A stretch of 32,000 nt of DNA from the NCBI RefSeq assembly GCF_003966335.1, contig NZ_CP034549.1:2640001-2672000 (forward strand), in the 5' to 3' direction. The position numbers and the translations under genes were made by a program. The DNA is from Nonlabens ponticola (GTDB lineage: Bacteria; Bacteroidota; Bacteroidia; Flavobacteriales; Flavobacteriaceae). The notes beneath the pieces were generated by a model that worked only from the letters and a program-made list of their open reading frames with translations, ran no database searches and was not told the origin of the DNA. Positions 1 to 7,911 of this stretch are shown here, one piece after another (within the stretch, counting starts at the first letter, position 1; each line of letters opens with the position of its first letter).

Positions 1-1096
1 AGAATTGCTGCTCGTTGTTTCCCCAACCATCGGAACCTGTTCCCGTATCAAAAGTCCAGTTGGCAGGATTAGGCGCACCATCAACATCAAACTCATCAGA
101 CCATACCAAGGTGCCTTCTGGCTCTCCTGAACCATCGCTGTTATCGTCACCACCTTGTTCTGCATTGGGATCATCCGTCGAGAACGTATGATACCATGCA
201 AGATCTCCATTCATGATCCCACGTACCACCATTCTATTCTCGGTTAATTCAAGAATGTCATACACGCTAGTATTAATGTAATAACTCATAAAACCATCAT
301 CACTAAAAGTCATAGTAGTTCCTCGTTTCTCGCTGTCTGGAACAATAGATTCTGATGGACTTAGAGTAACATTCTTTACGCCATCAGTATCAAAATCATA
401 GCAGAAGTCAAATCCATTACTACCACCAACGACCGATTCAAATGCGCCGTTGAAATAAGTTTGACCAAAATTGTTCAATTGATAAACTAATTCCTCATCG
501 TCATTTAAGCTAAAAACTAACTGATCTTCATAAAGACATAAGCTCTCGTCAGCTCCATTTTTTTCAAAAGGTGCCGCTTGATAGAATTGTGGGAAATTAT
601 TGTTTCCATCTGTAGGGTCACCATTGTTAGGTCCAACTCCTAGATGTCCAGGTTCAGCTGCTGCCCAATACCATATTTTTGAGGAGCCGCCAGTCAATAA
701 TTGTTTAGCATCGTTGTCTTCAAAAGCACTGAAAACTGTTACTTGAGTTGTTTGTGAAGTGGCTGCGCCACCAGTTCCTGTAGCCGTAACAGTTACAGTA
801 TATGTATTTACACCTTGCTGGACATATCTATGTTCTAAATCACCATCTGATGAAAAAGAAGAGCGAGAGTCACCGAAACTATAAGTGTAATTCAAGGCGT
901 TAGATGCATTTGCACTAAAGGTTACCACACCTGTACCATCACCATTAGGATTTTCATCATCTTCTCCTTGTACCTCAAATGACACGGATAAATCAGATGG
1001 TGCAACTACTGGCCCAAACTCTGTGTCATCATCCTGACAACCCAAAATGGTTACCGCAATAACCAGGAACCACCCTATTTTATTAAACATTTTCAT
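1..1096 (-). CDS. GH16-type beta-1,3-glucanase (laminarinase) lipoprotein, first 365 codons only; the gene runs off the left edge of the window
   Basis: Absent from the ORF track because it is open-ended. My own minus-strand translation from the ATG at 1096-1094 gives MKMFNKIGWFLVIAVTILGCQDDD (signal peptide plus lipobox Cys20). This is followed by a PKD-like segment (aa ~31-121, nt 734-1006), a ~190-aa unassigned domain (nt 173-733) and an acidic Gly/Ser linker. It ends with GTLVWSDEFDVDGAPNPANWTFDTGTGSDGWGNNEQQF (nt 115-1), which matches the conserved N-terminal strands of GH16 laminarinases. The catalytic ExDxxE motif would lie beyond nt 1 and is not visible. The gene starts 12 nt downstream of the preceding PUL gene. 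Confidence 0.75.
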   Translation of the reverse strand, partial: MKMFNKIGWFLVIAVTILGCQDDDTEFGPVVAPSDLSVSFEVQGEDDENPNGDGTGVVTFSANASNALNYTYSFGDSRSSFSSDGDLEHRYVQQGVNTYTVTVTATGTGGAATSQTTQVTVFSAFEDNDAKQLLTGGSSKIWYWAAAEPGHLGVGPNNGDPTDGNNNFPQFYQAAPFEKNGADESLCLYEDQLVFSLNDDEELVYQLNNFGQTYFNGAFESVVGGSNGFDFCYDFDTDGVKNVTLSPSESIVPDSEKRGTTMTFSDDGFMSYYINTSVYDILELTENRMVVRGIMNGDLAWYHTFSTDDPNAEQGGDDNSDGSGEPEGTLVWSDEFDVDGAPNPANWTFDTGTGSDGWGNNEQQF

Positions 1097-1108
1097 AGCT
1101 GTAATTTT

Positions 1109-3145
1109 TTAATTTGATAGTATTATTTCGTCAAAGTAGTATTCAAGATCCTGACCAATACCACCGTTACCAAAATCAAAGAATACAACTACCTTAGAAT
1201 ATTCTCTAGATAAATCCTGGGCACTGAAATCATAGACTAATTCTTCCCATTGATTGGCCACAGTATTCGTCACATCAATTTCTGTGCTTATATCAGGATT
1301 AGATTCATTCTCTAATTTTAATTTGATGGTGATACCGCTGACTGGTGCATATGTTTTCATTCTGATTTTAGTTTGCGACTGAAAATCAATAGGATCAGAA
1401 AGTGTGATAAAAGACCCTGCAAAGAATTCTGCACTAGCAGATTTTACACTACGTGCCACGGTGTCAGATGAATTAACGTCGTCTGCATCTGGATTTGAAG
1501 CAATGGATGTTGATGCACCACCGAAATCTACAAAGCTGTATGACTGCGAACTATCCTCAAAACTTAATGGTAAATCCAAAGGGTTTGAACCATCAGATTC
1601 TCTAATGTTATCAAAGTAGTAGCGGTCGCCTTGACCGTCTGTCAAGAAGTCAAAAAAGATGATCACACGTTGATAGTCTACTGACGTATCGATACCCGTA
1701 AAATCAAATGTCAATGTCTCCCATTCACCAGGTGTAGCAGATGTTACCGCGGTAACTTCTCTATTTCTACTAGCATCATCTAGATTCTCAACCTTAAGAT
1801 TAACCACAGATCCTGCTTTTGGGGAAAGAACGTCCACCTGAATTTGTGAAAAGTCATCAAAGTTGATGGCCTGCTCTAGATCTATAAATGCACCTGCAAA
1901 AGATTGCGCACCATTTACTTTAAGGGTAGTTGCTACTATAGGTGATATATTAATTCCTGTCGTCTGTGGATTATCAACGACCGTAGTAGGTGCACCGCCG
2001 AACTCTATAAAGTTGTACTCTATAACAGGAGATTCAAACGTTAATGGTAAGCGTAGCAATTCTGCCTGTTGATTGGTTTGTTCTATATCATCAAAGAAAT
2101 AGGTTGTTCCATCACCTGTGTTGCCTAAATCAAAGAAGATGATCAACTTAGAGTATTCTTGAGTTAGGTCTGCATCGCCAAAGTCAAATAATAAGGTTTC
2201 CCATTCATCTGTATCACCTGATGTTACGGCACTAACCTCGGCAGCGATGTCGCTGTTTGTGGCGTTCTCTAATTTTAAGGTGACAAATGTATTAGGTCTA
2301 GGAGAACGCACTTTCATTTTGATCTTTTCGAACGTCGAAAAATCTATTGGTGCTCCTAATTCTATGACGGTACCAGCAAAGGTCTCTGCTCCATCAGTCT
2401 TTATCGTTTGTGCTACATTTTCACTCTCGTTACCATCATTGTCTGGGTTGTCCACTTTCGCGGAAGCGGCACCACCAAAATCACCGAAGGTATATTCAAT
2501 CGTATCGGACTCAAAATCGATAGGTAACAAGACTGGATCGACGATCTCAACCTCAATAGTTTGTGTAGTTGTGGCTTCTCCACCACTAAAAGCTGTAACT
2601 GTAATCTCATAAATTCCTGTTGACTCGTACTCATAACTCGCAACTCCATCCAGTGCTAACTCTTGCGGCTCTTCATCATCGTCTTCACCAAAAGTTACCT
2701 CAAACATGGTAGCAAAATCTGCTGACGCGCTCACATCCACAGCAAATGAATTGCTAGGATCTGGAGTTACCTCAATCTCTAGATTTTCTGGCGCACGGAA
2801 TGAGACCATTAAATCCTTAGTAACCTCAGTTTGTTTACCGTTGACTCCTGTCGCTATGACTCTTACCTGATAATTGCCCTCATCATAGGTATATTGGGTA
2901 CTCTCACCTAATGCTAATTGTGCACTATCCTCTTCATTACCATCGCCGTAGAATACCTCAAATGTAGTAGCGCCTTGTGCCGTAGGCGTTATTGTCACCA
3001 GACCTGTATTGTCTTGAGTGATTTTGAAGGTGAGATCAACATTTTGCGGTGCTGCGATCGCATCTACCTCATCCTGAATATCGTCCTCTTCACAAGCGAT
3101 CATAGCAAATGCCGCAAACAAGAAGTAAATAAATCTATTTTTCAT
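1109..3145 (-). CDS. Surface glycan-binding lipoprotein (SGBP-like): two PKD/Ig-like domains followed by three tandem ~150-aa CBM-like modules
   Basis: 678-aa ORF. N-terminus MKNRFIYFLFAAFAMIAC is a lipoprotein signal (Cys18). There are two ~85-aa PKD-like segments (aa 33-116 and 118-201). Three paralogous modules follow, each starting LP(I/L)xFE...(Y)xFxxFGGA, containing FAG and WE(T/E)L, and ending (I/V)FFDF/L...YYFD(x)I. The gene lies immediately downstream of susD, the usual SGBP position in PULs. Confidence 0.8.
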   Translation of the reverse strand: MKNRFIYFLFAAFAMIACEEDDIQDEVDAIAAPQNVDLTFKITQDNTGLVTITPTAQGATTFEVFYGDGNEEDSAQLALGESTQYTYDEGNYQVRVIATGVNGKQTEVTKDLMVSFRAPENLEIEVTPDPSNSFAVDVSASADFATMFEVTFGEDDDEEPQELALDGVASYEYESTGIYEITVTAFSGGEATTTQTIEVEIVDPVLLPIDFESDTIEYTFGDFGGAASAKVDNPDNDGNESENVAQTIKTDGAETFAGTVIELGAPIDFSTFEKIKMKVRSPRPNTFVTLKLENATNSDIAAEVSAVTSGDTDEWETLLFDFGDADLTQEYSKLIIFFDLGNTGDGTTYFFDDIEQTNQQAELLRLPLTFESPVIEYNFIEFGGAPTTVVDNPQTTGINISPIVATTLKVNGAQSFAGAFIDLEQAINFDDFSQIQVDVLSPKAGSVVNLKVENLDDASRNREVTAVTSATPGEWETLTFDFTGIDTSVDYQRVIIFFDFLTDGQGDRYYFDNIRESDGSNPLDLPLSFEDSSQSYSFVDFGGASTSIASNPDADDVNSSDTVARSVKSASAEFFAGSFITLSDPIDFQSQTKIRMKTYAPVSGITIKLKLENESNPDISTEIDVTNTVANQWEELVYDFSAQDLSREYSKVVVFFDFGNGGIGQDLEYYFDEIILSN
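1121..2530 (-). repeat. Three tandem protein-level repeats (modules at nt 2081-2530, 1601-2053, 1121-1576) inside the SGBP gene
   Basis: Hand alignment of aa 206-355, 365-515 and 524-675 shows conserved anchors: LPLxFE, FGGA, NP, FAG, I(D/N)F, LK(L/V)EN, WE, DF, Y(S/Q)(K/R)(L/V)(I/V)(I/V)FFDF, Y(F/Y)FD. The repeats are divergent at the DNA level, so this is an old duplication. Confidence 0.8.
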
Positions 3146-3163
3146 TTTTAGTATTTTTCTTTT

Positions 3164-4633
3164 TTAATAGCCAGGATTTTGTTCCCATCGATTACCTGCT
3201 AATACGATTTCTTCTAATGGGATAGGAAATAGCTCGTTCTTACCAGATGTGAAACCATCAATTTCTTGAGCGGCACGACCCGTGCGTACCAAGTCAAAGA
3301 AATGATGACCTTCTCCAACTAGCTCCAGTCGTCGCTCACGGTAAATCGCGTCTCTAAGTGGCGTTCCCGAGCTTTCTATGTTATCAAGCCCTGCACGCTC
3401 GCGTACTTGATTCAAATAATCTCTTGCTTGACCATCATCACGACCTGATCTATTTAGAGCTTCTGCAGCCATCAGAAGAACATCTGCATATCTAATAGCT
3501 CGATAGTTATTAGGGTTGGTAAGATTTTGATCTCCTGTATTTAAGTCACCTTCACGAGCGATATACTTTCTATTGTAGTAACCGGTATGCTCAAAGCCTA
3601 CACTGAATGTTGCATCAAACTCATCTGCATGTTCATCAATATCTAATATTGCGACATCACGACGTACGTCATCATCGTCAAACTCATCGTAGGTTTCTTG
3701 TGTAGGCACATTAAAACTAAAGCCTGAATCAAATACGCGATCTTCAGGGTCTGCATAGCTTAAGTTCCTCACGCCGTTGAAACCTACCGCAATATTTCCT
3801 TCACTACATTGTAAACAGCCAAAGCCAGCACCTTCAATATCAGAATACTGAATCTCAAATACCGATTCTTCATTATTTTCATTGTCATTCTCAAAGATGG
3901 TTGAGTAATCCTCTACCAGCTCGTACTCACCAGAGTCAATCAAATCCACCAGAACGTCTGCCGCTTGATCAAATTGATCTTGATATAAGTACGCCTTGCC
4001 TAGCAATGCTTGAGCTGCGCCTTTTGAAATCCTGCCTTCCTGAGAAACTTCATAATCTAAATTATCAACAGCAAAAATCAGATCTTGCTCAATGAGATCA
4101 TAAACCTCTTCTTGCGGTGTTCTATCGATTTCAAATTGATCACCAAATAAGAGTCTTCTATCTATTGCCAATGGGATGTCTCCAAAAAATTTAGTCAATT
4201 CAAAATTGTAGTACGCACGTAAGAACCGTGCTTGAGCAATCACTTGTTCCTTACCATCAAAGTCAGTCTTGTCTTGAAATTCAAGTATGTAGTTGGCACG
4301 ATTAACACCAGCATACATCCATTGCCATATTTGCTGCAATTGTTCATTAGTTGATGTGTGAATCATGTCATCAATCTGCTGAATGCCAGGAACATCATTA
4401 GCATTCTCGCCACCTGCCAATGTGTTGTTGGAGGCTATTTCTCCTAGCATAACATTGATATAGGTGTTTTGCAATTGATCATAAGCGGCGACCAATGCAC
4501 TTTGATAATCCTCTTCGGAATTAAAGAAGTCTTCTGAATTTTCATCCTGACTCTCTACATCTAGATAGTCGTCCTCGCAGGCAGCGAAACCCAGCGCTGC
4601 GATAAACAGTATTAAAAATCTATATTTCATCAT
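3164..4633 (-). CDS. susD: SusD/RagB-family outer-membrane glycan-binding lipoprotein
   Basis: 489 aa. Lipoprotein signal MMKYRFLILFIAALGFAAC. Typical SusD-like helical TPR-type core (RFLRAYYNFELTKFFGDIPL, RYADVLLMAAEA, ERRLEL...EGHHFFDLVR). Lies 11 nt downstream of susC. Confidence 0.9.
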   Translation of the reverse strand: MMKYRFLILFIAALGFAACEDDYLDVESQDENSEDFFNSEEDYQSALVAAYDQLQNTYINVMLGEIASNNTLAGGENANDVPGIQQIDDMIHTSTNEQLQQIWQWMYAGVNRANYILEFQDKTDFDGKEQVIAQARFLRAYYNFELTKFFGDIPLAIDRRLLFGDQFEIDRTPQEEVYDLIEQDLIFAVDNLDYEVSQEGRISKGAAQALLGKAYLYQDQFDQAADVLVDLIDSGEYELVEDYSTIFENDNENNEESVFEIQYSDIEGAGFGCLQCSEGNIAVGFNGVRNLSYADPEDRVFDSGFSFNVPTQETYDEFDDDDVRRDVAILDIDEHADEFDATFSVGFEHTGYYNRKYIAREGDLNTGDQNLTNPNNYRAIRYADVLLMAAEALNRSGRDDGQARDYLNQVRERAGLDNIESSGTPLRDAIYRERRLELVGEGHHFFDLVRTGRAAQEIDGFTSGKNELFPIPLEEIVLAGNRWEQNPGY

Positions 4634-4644
4634 TTTCTTAGCTC

Positions 4645-7600
4645 TTAAAATTTGACATTCATTCCTAGAAGAAACGTTCTAGGTACTGGATAAAAACCTG
4701 GATCAATACCACCACCTATAGGCGCACCACTACTGGCACTAGGATCAAAACCTCTATATTTTGTTAAGGTAAATAGGTTGTTGACGGATCCGTAAAACCT
4801 TACCTCTTCAATATTTTTTCTGGCACCAGCATCATTAAACGTATATCCCAACTGTAGATTCTGCATTCTTAAAAAGGATGCGTCCTCAACAAAGTAATCA
4901 GAGAATATTCTATTGGCAGTTGCTCCGGTTGTCACACGAGGAACTGAATTTGACGTTCCTGGACCAGTCCATCGCGCTAAATCGTTAGTCGTAACGTTTG
5001 TAAGATTCTGACTACGTTCATAATTGCGCACCATATCATTACCGATGGATGCATATAAATAAGTCTGAAAATCAAAATTCCTATAATTAAAGGATAAATT
5101 AAGACCCATGGTAACGTCTGCAATTGGATCACCTATGTTCACACGATCATCTTGATCGATGACACCATCATTGTTTACATCAACAAATCTTATATCACCT
5201 GGCTGGGCGTTAGCTCCCAACGCTATTTGTGATGGATGTGCAGCCACCTCGGCAGCATTTTGAAAAATCCCATCTGTTCTCAAACCGTAGAAATATCCTA
5301 GTGGCTGTCCTTCTTCCATACGGGCTGGTGGTAGTTGACCGATACCGAATTGACCACCTTCTATAAATCCTACCGTGTTATTTACATCTAGAACCTCGTT
5401 ATCAATTACACCTATATTATAATTGACACCATAACTAAATTCATCTGTGATTTCACCATTGTAACCTATCGCAAACTCAAGACCTCTATTGCGCACCGAT
5501 CCACCATTTACCACTGGCGCTCCTGATCCTGGTGCCGCCGCACCTAGAATTCCCGATACGCTGGTTGTGATAAGTAGATCTTCTGTTCTTCTATTAAAAA
5601 CATCAAATGAGGTAGTCAAATTCCCGTCTAGAAAATTTGCATCAATACCAAAGTTAGCTACGTATTGTTCTTCCCACTTAAGCTCTGGATTTGAAATGGT
5701 TCCTGCGGCTGTTCCAAAAACAAGAACGTCATCAAATGGATAGGTCCCTTCACCGTTAAGTAAGGATGTAAAAGCGAATGCCGGTATTCTATCATTACCC
5801 GCGACACCGTAAGAGAATCTCACTTTAAGAAAATCTATCCAATCCTCATCATCCATAAATTCTTCTAACGACGGTACCCAACCAACGCTTGCGCTAGGGA
5901 AAAATCCGTATTTGTTACGCGGACCAAAATTGGAGCTACCATCTCGTCTAGCCTGTGCGGTAAATAGGTATTTATCATCGTAACTGTACCTAAGTCTCAC
6001 GAATTGCGAGAACAGACGTTGATCAAATGTGTCGCCACCGTTTACAAAATTATCTACCACATCTACTGCATTCTCAATGCTGGCATTTGCGATATCATTG
6101 TCTGGTATATCAAATCCAGTAAATCCATTGAACTTTCCTGTTGTTCTAAAGGCAGATATACCCAAGGTGGCTTGTACGTTGTGCACTTTCGCGAAAGCGT
6201 GCTCATAATTGAGATAGGAGTCAAACGTATAATCACGGAAGTAGTTACTGAATGTATTGTAAACGCTGCGCTCGACATTGAAAACTTTACCAGAACCGTA
6301 GAATACCTCTGGAGCAAAACTGTAACCGGAAACTTCGCTGTAGTTGGTCTGGATTCTTGAGGTAAGTTCAAAATCGTTCAAAAAGCTGTAAGTAAGACCA
6401 AAATTACCGCTCACCTTAAGAATGTTTGTCTCGTTGAATGAATTGGCGATTTGAGCTATTGGGTTGATAACCTCATTTCCCAGACCTTCGGCCAGTGAAA
6501 ACTCTCCATCTTCATCTCTAATAGGAATGGTAGGAGCCATGTTGAGAGCATTAAACAATACAGAGCCCAAACCAGATTCATTAATAGCGCGTCTATTGCT
6601 ATAATTGAGAAGAACACCAGTTTTCATTTCTAGATTATCCAACCAGAAATGATCGAAATTCCCTCTAAAAGTGCTGCGCTGGAATTTTGACTTTTCTGCA
6701 CCGACAATTCCATCTTGTAATAAAACAGAAGCACCTGCACCATAGGCTGATTTTTCAGTACCGCCACGTATACCAAGGTTATTGAAAAATATAGGAGCAT
6801 CGTCAAATACCTCATCCTGGTAGTCCACGTCACTCAGCTGTGTAAGATCTGGAAAAGGAATAGGCTCGCCGTTATTTGCAAATGCTTCATTTTTGAGCAA
6901 TGCATATTCTAGTGCATCGAGTGTTGGAAGCTTTCTTGTGGTTTGTTGGAAGCCTACATAAGCGTCATATTCTAGTTTGAGAGGCTGGTTGCGACGCCCA
7001 TTTTTTGTTGTGATAATTACTACACCGTTTGATGCGCGCACACCATAAATAGATGCCGTGGCATCCTTGAGTACTGATATGCTCTCAACATCATTAGGAT
7101 TGATAACACTCAAATCCTCGATGACATTACCATCAACAAGAATAAGTGGTCGCGAATCACCATTTGTCCCTATACCGCGTATTCTTATGTTTGAGGCAGA
7201 ACCTGGCGATCCTGATTGTGAGGTAATCGTTACCCCTGGAACTGTTCCTTGTAGTGCTTGTTCTATCCTAGTAGGCTTTAATTCCTCAATGGTCTCATTA
7301 TTAACAATAGATACTGCGCCTGTCACCTCTCTTACAGCTTGAGTACCATAACCTACGACCACCACTGCATCGAGTCCTGCGACATCTTGTTCTAGATTAA
7401 AAACGAGTGGACTTCCAGTGTACGTTTGACTTTTAGTTTTATAACCAACATATGAAACCACTATCACAGCACCATCATTTGCTGTAATTGTAAACTCACC
7501 GTCAAAGTCTGTTGTTACTGCCGTATTTGTGCCTTTAACTACAACTGTCGCTCCTAGAAGTGGTTCTCCTGTAGTCGCATCTGTGACAGTTCCATTAATT

Positions 7601-7662
7601 GTTTGCTGTGCAAATGAGAGAGAGCCCAGAAGTAAAAAAGTGATGGTAATAAATCTATTCAT
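4645..7662 (-). CDS. susC: SusC-family TonB-dependent outer-membrane transporter
   Basis: 1005 aa. Signal peptide, a carboxypeptidase-regulatory-like N-terminal domain (INGTVTDATTGEPLLGATVVVKG), a TonB-box-like DAVVVVGYG, a plug (SISVLKDATASIYGVRASNGVVIITTK), a long beta-barrel and a C-terminal aromatic residue (...GMNVKF). Confidence 0.95.
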   Translation of the reverse strand: MNRFITITFLLLGSLSFAQQTINGTVTDATTGEPLLGATVVVKGTNTAVTTDFDGEFTITANDGAVIVVSYVGYKTKSQTYTGSPLVFNLEQDVAGLDAVVVVGYGTQAVREVTGAVSIVNNETIEELKPTRIEQALQGTVPGVTITSQSGSPGSASNIRIRGIGTNGDSRPLILVDGNVIEDLSVINPNDVESISVLKDATASIYGVRASNGVVIITTKNGRRNQPLKLEYDAYVGFQQTTRKLPTLDALEYALLKNEAFANNGEPIPFPDLTQLSDVDYQDEVFDDAPIFFNNLGIRGGTEKSAYGAGASVLLQDGIVGAEKSKFQRSTFRGNFDHFWLDNLEMKTGVLLNYSNRRAINESGLGSVLFNALNMAPTIPIRDEDGEFSLAEGLGNEVINPIAQIANSFNETNILKVSGNFGLTYSFLNDFELTSRIQTNYSEVSGYSFAPEVFYGSGKVFNVERSVYNTFSNYFRDYTFDSYLNYEHAFAKVHNVQATLGISAFRTTGKFNGFTGFDIPDNDIANASIENAVDVVDNFVNGGDTFDQRLFSQFVRLRYSYDDKYLFTAQARRDGSSNFGPRNKYGFFPSASVGWVPSLEEFMDDEDWIDFLKVRFSYGVAGNDRIPAFAFTSLLNGEGTYPFDDVLVFGTAAGTISNPELKWEEQYVANFGIDANFLDGNLTTSFDVFNRRTEDLLITTSVSGILGAAAPGSGAPVVNGGSVRNRGLEFAIGYNGEITDEFSYGVNYNIGVIDNEVLDVNNTVGFIEGGQFGIGQLPPARMEEGQPLGYFYGLRTDGIFQNAAEVAAHPSQIALGANAQPGDIRFVDVNNDGVIDQDDRVNIGDPIADVTMGLNLSFNYRNFDFQTYLYASIGNDMVRNYERSQNLTNVTTNDLARWTGPGTSNSVPRVTTGATANRIFSDYFVEDASFLRMQNLQLGYTFNDAGARKNIEEVRFYGSVNNLFTLTKYRGFDPSASSGAPIGGGIDPGFYPVPRTFLLGMNVKF
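6185..6202. repeat. Partial copy (13 of 14 core positions) of the GCTTTCGCGAAAGC palindrome, inside susC
   Basis: actttcgcgaaagcgtgc. The 17-nt stretch ctttcgcgaaagcgtgc (6186-6202) is identical to the copy at 18227-18243. On the coding (minus) strand it reads GCT TTC GCG AAA = Ala-Phe-Ala-Lys (EHAFAKVHN). Confidence 0.7.
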
Positions 7663-7869
7663 CAGTTGATAATTATGATATTGATAAATATAGACTGGTT
7701 AAATTATTAATACAGCAATAGAATCATTACAACATCTCTACATTCTCTTAAAATAGCAAAATCTGCAATTCCTGTACTGTTGTAAAACCCGAAAACAGGC
7801 GCGAACAGTGTGTTTACTAAACCACTACAACGTTTTAGTAACTGGGTCTTTAAGATGCTTTTCAGTAAA

Positions 7870-7891
7870 TGTTGTGGTGATGTTGTGGTAA
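7870..7891. repeat. Tandem direct repeat tgttgtggtga / tgttgtggtaa (2 x 11 bp, 10/11 identical) in the regulator-susC intergenic region
   Basis: Read directly from the sequence. It lies 21-42 nt beyond the regulator stop (7912) and ~210 nt upstream of the susC start (7662). The 11-bp period is about one helical turn. Confidence 0.6.
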
Positions 7892-7911
7892 AATACAGTA
7901 ATGTAGCGCGT

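Noticed and set aside
1121-2530. The three tandem modules of the SGBP as a recent DNA duplication or mobile repeat
   Set aside because: Similarity is visible only at the protein-motif level and I saw no long identical DNA stretches. This is an ancient domain triplication, not a DNA repeat element.
1404-3151. Plus-strand ORFs 1404-1619, 1863-2072, 2247-2612 and 2918-3151, and the minus-strand alternative frame 2413-2649
   Set aside because: All lie inside the 678-aa SGBP gene, antisense or out of frame. They have low-complexity composition (Ser/Ala/Pro-rich mirror of an Asp/Glu/Thr-rich gene), no start context and no recognisable motifs.
5489-7342. ORFs 5489-5743, 6004-6360, 6063-6371, 6630-6833 and 7058-7342 within susC, and 3901-4095 within susD
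   Set aside because: These are shadow ORFs inside strongly supported SusC/SusD genes with no independent coding evidence.
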